From: Mobula hypostoma
Lineage: Eukaryota
Reading direction: 5' to 3'
NCBI RefSeq assembly: GCF_963921235.1
Contig: NC_086097.1
Span: forward strand, 66,032,001-66,096,000
DNA: 64,000 nt
Shown here: piece after piece, positions 37,171-49,100 of the stretch
Position numbering within the stretch: position 1 is the stretch's first letter
How the letters are laid out: each line of letters opens with the position of its first letter
Translations under genes and position numbers: made by a program
The notes under the pieces: model-generated
Seen by the model: the letters and a program-made list of their open reading frames with translations, nothing else
Database searches by the model: none
What the model was told of the DNA's origin: nothing

Positions 37171-40100
37171 CGAGGCAGGAGACTAGAGGCGAGGCTGGAG
37201 GCAGGAGACTTGACGTGAGGCTGGAGGCTGGAGACTAGGGGCGAGGCTGGAGGCTTGAGGCTGGAGACTGGAGGGGAGACGGGAGGGGAGGCTGGAGACT
37301 AGGGGCGGGGCGAGGCTGGAGACTGGAGACTAGGGGCGAGGCTGGGGACTGGGGCGAGGCTGGAGGCTGGGGACTAGGGGCGAGGCTGGAGGCTGGGGAC
37401 TAGGGGCGGGGCAAGGCTGGGGACTAGGGGCGGGGCGAGGCTGGAGGCTGGAGACGAGGGGCGAGGCGAGGCTGGAGACGAGGGGTGAGGCGAGGCTGGA
37501 GACTAGGGGCGCGGTGAGGCTGGAGACTAGAGGCGAGGCTGCAGGCTAGGGGGCGAGGCGAGGCTGGAGGCTGGAGACTAGGGGCGAGGCTGGAGACTAG
37601 AGGCGAGGCGAGACTGGAGACTGGAGGCTGGAGACAAGGGGCTGGAGGCTGGAGACTAGGGGCGAGACTAGAGGCGAGGCTGGAGACTGGGGTGGGGCGA
37701 GGGTGGAGACTAGAGGCCAGGCTGGAGGCTGCAGATTAGAGGCAATGCGAGGCTGGAGGCTGGAGACTGGGGGCGAGGCGAGTGGAGACTGGGGGCGAGG
37801 CGAGGCTGGAGGCTGGAGATTAGAGGCGAGGCTGGAGACTGGGACAAGGTGAGGCTGGAGGCTGGAGACTAGGGGCGAGGCGAGGCTGGAGACTAGGGGC
37901 GAGGCTGGAGACTAGAGGCGAGGCTGGAGGCTGGAGACTAGGGGCGAGGCAAGGCTGGAGACTAGGGGCGAGGCTGGAGACTAGGGGTGAGGCTGGGGGC
38001 GAGGCGAGGCTGGAGGCTGGAGACTAGGGGTGAGGCTGGAGGCTGGAGGCTGGAGACTAGGGGCGAGGCGAGGCTGGAGACTAGGGCGAGGCGAGGCTGG
38101 AGACTGGAGGCTGGAGACTAGGGGCGAGGCGAGGCTGGAGACTAGGGCGAGGCGAGGCTGGAGACTAGGGGCGCGGCGAGGCTGGAGGCTGGAGACTGGG
38201 GCACGGCGAGGCTGGAGGCTGGAGACTAGGGCGAGGCGAGACTGGAGGCTGGAGACTAGGGCGAGGCGAGACTGGAGGCTGGAGACTAGGGGCGAGGCTG
38301 GAGGCTGGAGACTAGGGGCGCGGCGAGGCTGGAGGCTGGAGACTAGGGCGAGGCGAGGCTGGAGACTGGAGGCTGGAGACTAGGGCGAGGCGAGGCTGGA
38401 GACTAGGGCGAGGCGAGACTGGAGGCTGGAGACTAGGGCGAGGCGAGACTGGAGGCTGGAGACTAGGGCGAGGCGAGACTGGAGGCTGGAGACTAGGGGC
38501 GCGGCGAGGCTGGAGACTAGGGGCGCGGCGAGGCTGGAGGCTGGAGACTGGGGGCGAGGCGAGGCTGGAGACTGGGGGCGAGGCGAGGCTGGAGGCTGGA
38601 GACTCGAGGCGAGGCTGGAGACTGGGGGTGAAGCGAGGCTGGAGACTGGGGGCGAGGCTGGAGACGAGGGACGGGGCAAGGCTGGAGACGAGGGACGGGG
38701 CAAGGCTGGAGACTGGAGACTGGATACAAGGCGAGGCTGGAGACTAGGGGCGGGGCGAGGCTGGAGGCAGGAGACTGGGGGCGAGGCGAGGCTGGAGACT
38801 CGAGGCGAGGCTGGAGACTGGTGGCGAGGCGAGACTGGAGACTTGAGACTGGAAGCGAGGCTGGAGACGAGGGGCGAGGCGAGGCTGGAGACTGGGGGCG
38901 AGGCGAGGCTGGAGACTGGGGGTGAGGCGAGGCTGGAGGCTGGAGACTTGAGGCGAGGCTGGAGACTGGGGGCGAGGCGAGGCTGGAGACTGGGGGCGAG
39001 GCTGGAGACGAGGGACGGGGCGAGGCTGGAGACTATGGGCGGGGCATGGCTGGAGACTATGGGCGAGGCATGGCTGGAGACTGGGGGCGAGGTGAGGCTG
39101 GAGACTGGAGGCGAGGCTGGAGACTGGTGGTGAGGCGAGGCTGGAGGCAGGAGATGGGGCGGGGATGGCTGGAGGCTGGAGACTAGAGGCGAGGCTGGAG
39201 ACTGGGGTGGGGCGAGGCTGGAGCCTGGAGATGGGGCGGGGATGGCTGGAGGCTGGAGACTAGAGGCGAGGCTGGAGGCTGGAGACTAGAGGCGAGGCTG
39301 GAGACTGGGGTGGGGCGAGGCTGGAGACTAGAGGCGAGGCTGGAGGCTGCAGACTAGAGGCAATGCAAGACTGGGGGCAAGGCAAGGCTGGAGCCTGGGG
39401 GCAAGGCTGGAGACTGGGGGCGAGGCGAGGCTGGAGATTAGGAGCGAGGCGATGCTGCAGGCTAGGGGCGAGTCGAAGCTGGAGGCTGGAGACTAGGGGC
39501 GAGGCTGGAGACTAGGGGCGAGGCTGGAGACTGGAGACTAGGGGCGAGGCTGAAGACTGGAGACTAGGGGTGAGGCTGGAGGCTGGAGACTAGGGGCGAG
39601 GCTGAAGACTGGAGACTAGGGGCGAGGCTGGAGGCTGGAGTCTAGAGGCAAGGCTGGAGTCTAGGGTCGAGGCTGGAGACTGGAGTCTAGAGGCGAGGCT
39701 GGAGGCTGGAGACTAGGGGCAAGTCAGGGCTGGAGACTAGAGGCGAGGCTGGAGACTAGAGGCGAGGCTGGAGACTAGAGGCGAGGCTGAAGGCTGGAGA
39801 CTAGATACAAGGCGAGGCTGGAGGCTGGAGACTAGAGGCAAGGCTATAGACTAGAGGCGAGGCTGGAGGCGAGGCTGGAGGCTGGAGACGAGGGGTGAGG
39901 CGAGGCTGGAGACGCGAGGCGAGGCTGGAGACTAGGGGCAAGGCTGGAGGCTGGAGACCAGGGGCGAGGCGAGGCTGGAGACTAGGGGCAAGGCTGGAGA
40001 CTGGGGGCGAGGCTGGAGGCTGGAGACTAGGAGCGAGGCGAGGCTGGAGACTAGGGGCGAGGCGAGGCTGGAGACTCGGGGCGAGGCGAGGCTGGAGGCT

Positions 40101-43100
40101 GGAGACTCGGGGCGAGGCGAGGCTGGAGGTTGGAGATCAGGAGCGAGGCGAGGCTGCAGGCCAGGGGCGAGACGAGGGTCGAGGCTGGAGACTACGGGCG
40201 AGGCGAGGCTGGAGACAAGGGGCTGGAGGCTGGAGACTAGGGGCGAGGCTGGAGACTGGGGCGGGGCGAGGCTGGAGACTAGAGGTGAGGCTGGAGGCTG
40301 CAGACTAGAGGCAATGTGAGGCTGGAGACTGGGGGCGAGGCGAGGCTGGAGGCTGGAGACTGAGGGCGAGGCGAGGCTGGAGACTAGGGGCGAGGCGAGG
40401 CTGGAGACGCGAGGCTGGAGGCTGGAGACTAGGAGTGAGGCTGGAGACTAGGGGTGAGGCGTGACTGGAGGCTGGAGACTAGGGGCGAGGCTGGAGGCTG
40501 GAGACTAGGGGTGAGGCGAGGCTGGAGGCTGGAGACTAGGGGCACGGCGAGGCTGGAGACTGGAGGCGAGGCTGGAGGCTGGAGACTAGAGGCGAGGCTG
40601 GAGACTGGGGTGGGGCAAGGCTGGAGACTAGAGGCGAGGCTGGAGGCTGCAGACTAGAGGCAATGCGAGACTGGAGGCGAGGCTGGAGGCTGGAGATTAG
40701 GAGCGAGGTGAGGCTACAGGCTAGGGGCGAGGCGAGGCTGGAGACTAGGGGTAAGGCAACGCTGGAGACTAGGGGCGAGGCTGGAGACTAGAGGCGAGGC
40801 TGGAGACTAGGGGCGAGGCTGGAGGATGGGGTTGGAGGCTGGAGATGAGGGGCAAGGCTGGAGGCTGGAGACTAGGGTGCGAGGCGAGGCTGGAGGCTGG
40901 AGACTGAGGGCGGGGCGAGGCTGGAGACGGGGCGAGGTGAGGCTGGAGGCAGGAGACTGGGGGCGAGGCTGGAGAATGGAGACTGGGGGCGAGGCTGGAG
41001 ACTGGGGCGAGGCGAGGCTGGAGACTGGTGGCGAGGCGAGACTGGAGACTTGAGACTGGAGGCGAGGCTGGAGACTAGGGGCGGGGCGAGGCTGGAGACT
41101 TGAGACTGGAAGCGAGGCTGGAGACTAGGGGCGAGGCGAGGCTGGAGACTGGGGGCGAGGCGAGGCTGGAGACTGGGGGTGAGGCGAGGCTGGAGGCTGG
41201 AGACTTGAGGCGAGGCTGGAGACTGGGGGCGAGGCGAGGCTGGAGACTGGGGGCGAGGCTGGAGACGAGGGACGGGGCGAGGCTGGAGACTATGGGCGGG
41301 GCATGGCTGGAGACTATGGGCGAGGCATGGCTGGAGACTGGGGGCGAGGTGAGGCTGGAGACTGGAGGCGAGGCTGGAGACTGGTGGTGAGGCGAGGCTG
41401 GAGGCAGGAGATGGGGCGGGGATGGCTGGAGGCTGGAGGCTGGAGACTAGGGGCGAGGCTGGAGGCTGGAGACTAGGGGCGCGGCGAGGCTGGAGGCTGG
41501 AGACTAGGGCGAGTCGAGGCTGGAGACTGGAGGCTGGAGACTAGGGCGAGGCGAGGCTGGAGACTAGGGCGAGGCGAGACTGGAGGCTGGAGACTAGGGC
41601 GAGGCGAGACTGGAGGCTGGAGACTAGGGGCGCGGCGAGGCTGGAGACTAGGGGCGCGGCGAGGCTGGAGACTGGGGGCGAGGCGAGGCTGGAGACTGGG
41701 GGCGAGGCGAGGCTGGAGGCTGGAGACTCGAGGCGAGGCTGGAGACTGGGGGTGAGGCGAGGCTGGAGATTGGGGGCGAGGCTGGAGACGAGGGACGGGG
41801 CAAGGCTGGAGACTGGAGACTGGATACAAGGCGAGGCTGGAGACTAGGGGCGGGGCGAGGCTGGAGGCAGGAGACTGGGGGCGAGGTGAGGCTGGAGACT
41901 CGAGGCGAGGCTGGAGACTGGTGGCGAGGCGAGACTGGAGACTTGAGACTGGAAGCGAGGCTGGAGACTAGGGGCGAGGCGAGGCTGGAGACTGGGGGCG
42001 AGGCGAGGCTGGAGGCTGGAGACTTGAGGCGAGGCTGGAGGCTGGAGACTTGAGGCGAGGCTGGAGACTGGGGGCGAGGCGAGGCTGGAGACTGGGGGCG
42101 AGGCTGGAGACGAGGGACGGGGCGAGGCTGGAGACTATGGGCGGGGCATGGCTGGAGACTATGGGCGAGGCATGGCTGGAGACTGGGGGCGAGGTGAGGC
42201 TGGAGACTGGAGGCGAGGCTGGAGACTGGTGGTGAGGCGAGGCTGGAGGCAGGAGATGGGGCGGGGATGGCTGGAGGCTGGAGACTAGAGGCGAGGCTGG
42301 AGGCTGGAGACTAGAGGCGAGGCTGGAGACTGGGGTGGGGCGAGGCTGGAGACTAGAGGCGAGGCTGGAGGCTGCAGACTAGAGGCAATGCAAGACTGGG
42401 GGCAAGGCAAGGCTGGAGCCTGGGGGCAAGGCTGGAGACTGGGGGCGAGGCGAGGCTGGAGATTAGGAGCGAGGCGATGCTGCAGGCTAGGGGCGAGTTG
42501 AAGCTGGAGGCTGGAGACTAGGGGCGAGGCTGGAGACTAGGGGCGAGGCTGGAGACTGGAGACTAGGGGCGAGGCTGAAGACTGGAGACTAGGGGTGAGG
42601 CTGGAGGCTGGAGACTAGGGGCGAGGCTGAAGACTGGAGACTAGGGGCGAGGCTGGAGGCTGGAGTCTAGAGGCAAGGCTGGAGTCTAGGGTCGAGGCTG
42701 GAGACTGGAGTCTAGAGGCGAGGCTGGAGGCTGGAGACTAGGGGCAAGTCAGGGCTGGAGACTAGAGGCGAGGCTGAAGGCTGGAGACTAGATACAAGGC
42801 GAGGCTGGAGGCTGGAGACTAGAGGCAAGGCTATAGACTAGAGGCGAGGCTGGAGGCGAGGCTGGAGGCTGGAGACGAGGGGTGAGGCGAGGCTGGAGAC
42901 GCGAGGCGAGGCTGGAGACTAGGGGCAAGGCTGGAGGCTGGAGACCAGGGGCGAGGCGAGGCTGGAGACTAGGGGCAAGGCTGGAGACTGGAGGCGAGGC
43001 TGGAGGCTGGAGACTAGGAGCGAGGCGAGGCTGGAGACTAGGGGCGAGGCGAGGCTGGAGACTCGGGGCGAGGCGAGGCTGGAGGCTGGAGACTCGGGGC

Positions 43101-46100
43101 GAGGCGAGGCTGGAGGTTGGAGATCAGGAGCGAGGCGAGGCTGCAGGCCAGGGGCGAGACGAGGGTCGAGGCTGGAGACTACGGGCGAGGCGAGGCTGGA
43201 GACAAGGGGCTGGAGGCTGGAGACTAGGGGCGAGGCTGGAGACTGGGGCGGGGCGAGGCTGGAGACTAGAGGTGAGGCTGGAGGCTGCAGACTAGAGGCA
43301 ATGTGAGGCTGGAGACTGGGGGTGAGGCGAGGCTGGAGGCTGGAGACTGAGGGCGAGGCGAGGCTGGAGACTAGGGGCGAGGCGAGGCTGGAGACGCGAG
43401 GCTGGAGGCTGGAGACTAGGAGTGAGGCTGGAGACTAGGGGTGAGGCGTGACTGGAGGCTGGAGACTAGGGGCGAGGCTGGAGGCTGGAGACTAGGGGTG
43501 AGGCGAGGCTGGAGGCTGGAGACTAGGGGCACGGCGAGGCTGGAGACTGGAGGCGAGGCTGGAGGCTGGAGACTAGAGGCGAGGCTGGAGACTGGGGTGG
43601 GGCAAGGCTGGAGACTAGAGGCGAGGCTGGAGGCTGCAGACTAGAGGCAATGCGAGACTGGGGGCGAGGCGAGGCTGGAGGCTGGAGATTAGGAGCGAGG
43701 TGAGGCTACAGGCTAGGGGCGAGGCGAGGCTGGAGGCTGGAGACTAGGGGTAAGGCAACGCTGGAGACTAGGGGCGAGGCTGGAGACTAGAGGCGAGGCT
43801 GGAGACTAGGGGCGAGGCTGGAGGATGGGGTTGGAGGCTGGAGATGAGGGGCAAGGCTGGAGGCTGGAGACTAGGGTGCGAGGCGAGGCTGGAGGCTGGA
43901 GACTGAGGGCGGGGCGAGGCTGGAGACGGGGCGAGGTGAGGCTGGAGGCAGGAGACTGGGGGCGAGGCTGGAGAATGGAGACTGGGGGCGAGGCTGGAGA
44001 CTGGGGCGAGGCGAGGCTGGAGACTGGTGGCGAGGCGAGACTGGAGACTTGAGACTGGAGGCGAGGCTGGAGACTAGGGGCGGGGCGAGGCTGGAGACTT
44101 GAGACTGGAAGCGAGGCTGGAGACTAGGGGCGAGGCGAGGCTGGAGACTGGGGGTGAGGCGAGGCTGGAGGCTGGAGACTTGAGGCGAGGCTGGAGACTG
44201 GGGGCGAGGCGAGGCTGGAGACTGGGGGCGAGGCTGGAGACGAGGGACGGGGCGAGGCTGGAGACTATGGGCGGGGCATGGCTGGAGACTATGGGCGAGG
44301 CATGGCTGGAGACTGGGGGCGAGGTGAGGCTGGAGACTGGAGGCGAGGCTGGAGACTGGTGGTGAGGCGAGGCTGGAGGCAGGAGATGGGGCGGGGATGG
44401 CTGGAGGCTGGAGGCTGGAGACTAGAGGCGAGGCTGGAGACTGGTGTGGGGCGAGGCTGGAGCCTGGAGATGGGGCGGGGATGGCTGGAGGCTGGAGACT
44501 AGAGGCGAGGCTGGAGGCTGGAGACTAGAGGCGAGGCTGGAGACTGGGGTGGGGCGAGGCTGGAGACTAGAGGCAATGCAAGACTGGGGGCAAGGCAAGG
44601 CTGGAGCCTGGGGGCGAGGCTGGAGACTGGGGGCGAGGCGAGGCTGGAGATTAGGAGCGATGCGATGCTGCAGGCTAGGGGCGAGTCGAAGCTGGAGGCT
44701 GGAGACTAGGGGCGAGGCTGGAGACTAGGGGCGAGGCTGGAGGCTGGAGACTAGGGGCGAGGCTGAAGACTGGAGACTAGGGGCGAGGCTGGAGGCTGGA
44801 GACTAGGGGCGAGGCTGAAGACTGGAGACTAGGGGCGAGGCTGGAGGCTGGAGTCTAGAGGCGAGGCTGGAGTCTAGGGTCGAGGCTGGAGACTGGAGTC
44901 TAGAGGCGAGGCTGGAGGCTGGAGACTAGGGGCAAGTCAGGGCTGGAGACTAGAGGCGAGGCTGGATACTAGAGGCGAGGCTGGAGACTAGAGGCGAGGC
45001 TGGAGACTAGAGGCGAGGCTGGAGGCTGGAGACTAGATACAAGGCGAGGCTGGAGGCTGGAGACTAGAGGCAAGGCTATAGACTAGAGGCGAGGCTGGAG
45101 GCGAGGCTGGAGGCTGGAGACGAGGGGTGAGGCGAGGCTGGAGACGCGAGGCGAGGCTGGAGACTAGGGGCAAGGCTGGAGGCTGGAGACCAGGGGCGAG
45201 GCGAGGCTGGAGGCTGGAGACTAGGGGCAAGGCTGGAGACTGGGGGCGAGGCTGGAGGCTGGAGACTAGGGGCGAGGCGAGGCTGGAGACTAGGGGCGAG
45301 GCGAGGCTGGAGACTCGGGGCGAGGCGAGGCTGGAGGCTGGAGACTCGGGGCGAGGCGAGGCTGGAGGTTGGAGATCAGGAGCGAGGCGAGGCTGCAGGC
45401 CAGGGGCGAGACGAGGGTCGAGGCTGGAGACTACGGGCGAGGCGAGGCTGGAGACAAGGGGCTGGAGGCTGGAGACTAGGGGCGAGGCTGGAGACTGGGG
45501 CGGGGCGAGGCTGGAGGCTGCAGACTAGAGGCAATGTGAGGCTGGAGACTGGGGGCGAGGCGAGGCTGGAGGCTGGAGACTGAGGGCGAGGCGAGGCTGG
45601 AGACTAGGGGCGAGGCGAGGCTGGAGACGCGAGGCTGGAGGCTGGAGACTAGGAGTGAGGCTGGAGACTAGGGGTGAGGCGTGACTGGAGGCTGGAGACT
45701 AGGGGCGAGGCTGGAGGCTGGAGACTAGGGGTGAGGCGAGGCTGGAGGCTGGAGACTAGGGGCGCGGCGAGGCTGGAGACTGGAGGCGAGGCTGGAGGCT
45801 GGAGACTAGAGGCGAGGCTGGAGACTGGGGTGGGGCAAGGCTGGAGACTAGAGGCGAGGCTGGAGGCTGCAGACTAGAGGCAATGCGAGACTGGGGGCGA
45901 GGCGAGGCTGGAGGCTGGAGATTAGGAGCGAGGCGAGGCTACAGGCTAGGGGTGAGGCGAGGCTGGAGGCTGGAGACTAGGGGTAAGGCAACGCTGGAGA
46001 CTAGGGGCGAGGCTGGAGACTAGAGGCGAGGCTGGAGACTAGGGGCGAGGCTGGAGGATGGGGTTGGAGGCTGGAGATGAGGGGCAAGGCTGGAGGCTGG

Positions 46101-49100
46101 AGACTAGGGTGCGAGGCGAGGCTGGAGGCTGGAGACTGAGGGCGGGGCGAGGCTGGAGACGGGGCGAGGTGAGGCTGGAGGCAGGAGACTGGGGGCGAGG
46201 CTGGAGAATGGAGACTGGGGGCGAGGCTGGAGACTGGGGCGAGGCGAGGCTGGAGACTGGTGGCGAGGCGAGTCTGGAGACTTGAGACTGGAGGCGAGGC
46301 TGGAGACTAGGGGCGGGGCGAGGCTGGAGACTTGAGACTGGAGGCGAGGCTAGAGACTGGGGGCGAGGCTGGAGGCTGGAGACTGGGGGCGAGGCTGGAG
46401 ACTGGAGACAAGGGGCGGGGCGAGGCTGGAGACTATGGGCGGGGCGTGGCTGGAGGCTGGAGACTATGGGCGAGGCGTGGCTGGAGGTTGGAGACTAGGG
46501 GTGAGGCGAGGCTGGAGGCTGGAGACCAGGGGCGAGGCTGGAGGCTGGAGACCAGGGGCGAGGCTGGAGGCTGGAGACTGGGGGCGAGGCTGGAGACGAG
46601 GGGCTGGGCAAGGTTGGAGACGGGGCGAGGCAAGACTGGAGACTTGAGACTGGAGGCGAGGCTGGAGACTAGGGGCGGGGCGAGGCTGGAGACTTGAGAC
46701 TGGAGGCGAGGCTGGAGACTGGAGGCAAGGCGAGGCTGGAGGCCGGAGACTGGGGGCGAGGCTGGAGACTGGAGACAAGGGGCGGGGCGAGGCTGGAGGC
46801 AGGAGACTAGGGGCGAGGCTGTAGAATGAAGACTGGGGGAGAGGCTGGAGACTGGGCCGAGGCGAGGCTGGAGACTGGTGGCGAGGCGAGACTGGAGACT
46901 TGAGACTGGAGGTGAGGCTGGAGACTAGGGGCGGGGCGAGGCTGGAGACTTGAGACTGGAGGCGAGGCTGGAGACTGGAGGCAAGGCGAGGCTGGAGACT
47001 GTGGGCGAGAATGGAGATTGGAGACAAGGGGCGGGGCGAGGCTGGAGACTATGGGCGGGGCGTGGCTGGAGGCTGGAGACTAGAAGTGAGGCGAGGCTGG
47101 AGACCGGGGGCGAGACTGGAGGCTGGAGACCGGGGGCGAGGAAGGAGGCTGGAGACTAGGGGCAAGGCGAGGCTGGAGGCTGGAGATTAGGGGCGAGGCA
47201 ACGCTGGAGACTAGAGGCGAGGCTAGAGGCAGCAGACTAGAGGCAATGCGAGGCTGGAGACTGGGGGCGAAGCGAGGCTGGAGGCTGGAGACTAGGGGCG
47301 AGGCTGGAGGCTGGAGACTAGGGGCGAGGCTGGAGACTAGAGGCTGGAGGCTGGAGAATAGGGGCGAGGCTGTAGGCTGGAGACTATGGGCGAGGCGAGG
47401 CTGGAGACAAGGGGCTGGAGGCTGGAGACTAGGGGCGAGGCAACGCTGGAGACTAGGGGTGAGGCTGGAGACTAGAGACTGGAGGCTGGAGACTAGGGGC
47501 GGGGTGAGGCTGGAGACTAGAGGCGAGGCTGGAGGCTGCAGACTAGATACAAGGCGAGGCTGGAGGCTGGAGACTAGAGGCGAAGCTGGAGACTAGAGGC
47601 GAGGCTGAAGGCTGGAGACTAGATACAAGGCGAGGCTGGAGGCTGGAGACTAGAGGCGAGGCTATAGACTAGAGGCGAGGCTGGAGAATGGAGACTGGGG
47701 GCGAGGCGAGGCTGGAGACTGGGGGCGAGGCTGGAGACTGGTGGCGAGGCGAGACTGGAGACTTGAGACTGGAAGCGAGGCTGGAGACTGGGGCGCGGCG
47801 AGGCTGGAGACTAGGGGCGAGGCTGGAGGCAGGAGACCGGGGGCGAGGCTGGAGACCAGGGGCGAGGCTGGAGGCTGGGGGCGAGGCGAGGCTGGAGACT
47901 GGGGGCGAGGCTGGAGACTATGGGCGAGGCGAGGCTGGAGACTGGTGGTGAGGCGAGGCTGGAGGCAGGAGACTGCAGGCAGGGCGAGGCTGGAGATGGA
48001 GCGGGGATGGCTGGAGGCTGGAGACTAGAGGCGAGGCTGGAGACTAGAGGCGAGGCTGAAGGCTGGAGACTAGATACAAGGCGAGGCTGGAGGCTGGAGA
48101 CTAGAGGCAAGGCTATAGACTAGAGGCGAGGCTGGAGGTGAGGCTGGAGACTGGGGGCGAGGCTGGAGGCTGGAGACTGGAGGCGAGGCTGGAGACTGGG
48201 GGCAAGGCGAGGCTGGAGGCTGGAGGCTGGAGACTGGGGGCAAGGCGCTGGAGGCTGGAGACAAGGGGCGTGGCTGGAGGCTGGAGACTATGGGCGAGGC
48301 GTGGCTAGAGGCTGGAGACTAGGGGTGAGGCGAGGCTGGAGACGCGAGGCGAGGCTGGAGACGCGAGGCGAGGCTGGAGACTAGGGGCAAGGCTGGAGGC
48401 TGGAGACTGGGGGCGAGGCGAGGCTGGAGGTTGGAGATCAGGAGCGAGGCGAGGCTGCAGGCCAGGGGCGAGACTAGGGTCGAGGCTGGAGACTACGGGC
48501 GAGGCGAGGCTGGAGACAAGGGGCTGGAGGCTGGAGACTAGAGGCGAGGCTGGAGACTGGGGCGGGGCAAGGCTGGAGACTAGAGCCGAGGCTGGAGGCT
48601 GCAGACTAGAGGCAATGCGAGACTGGGGGCGAGGCGAGGCTGGAGGCTGGAGACTAGGGGCAAGGCAACGCTGGAGACTAGGGGCGAGGCTGGAGGCTGG
48701 AGACGAGGGGCAAGGCTGGAGGCTGGAGACTAGGGTGCGAGGCGAGGCTGGAGACGAGAGGCGAGGCTGGAGGCTGGAGACTAGAGGCGAGGCTATAGAC
48801 TAGAGGCGAGGCTGGAGACTGGGGGCGGGGCAAGGCTGGAGATGGGGCGTGGTGAGGCTGGAGGCAGGAGACTGGGGGCGAGGCTGGAGAATGGAGACTG
48901 GGGGCGAGGCGAGGCTGGAGACTGGAGACAAGGGGCGGGGCGAGGCTGGAGACTATGGGCGGGGCGTGGCTGGAGGCTGGAGACTATGGGCGAGGCGTGG
49001 CTGGAGGCTGGACACTAGGGGTGAGGCTGGAGAATGGAGACTGGGGGCGAGGCTGGAGACTGGGGCGAGGCGAGGCTGGAGGCTGGAGACTGGGGGCGAG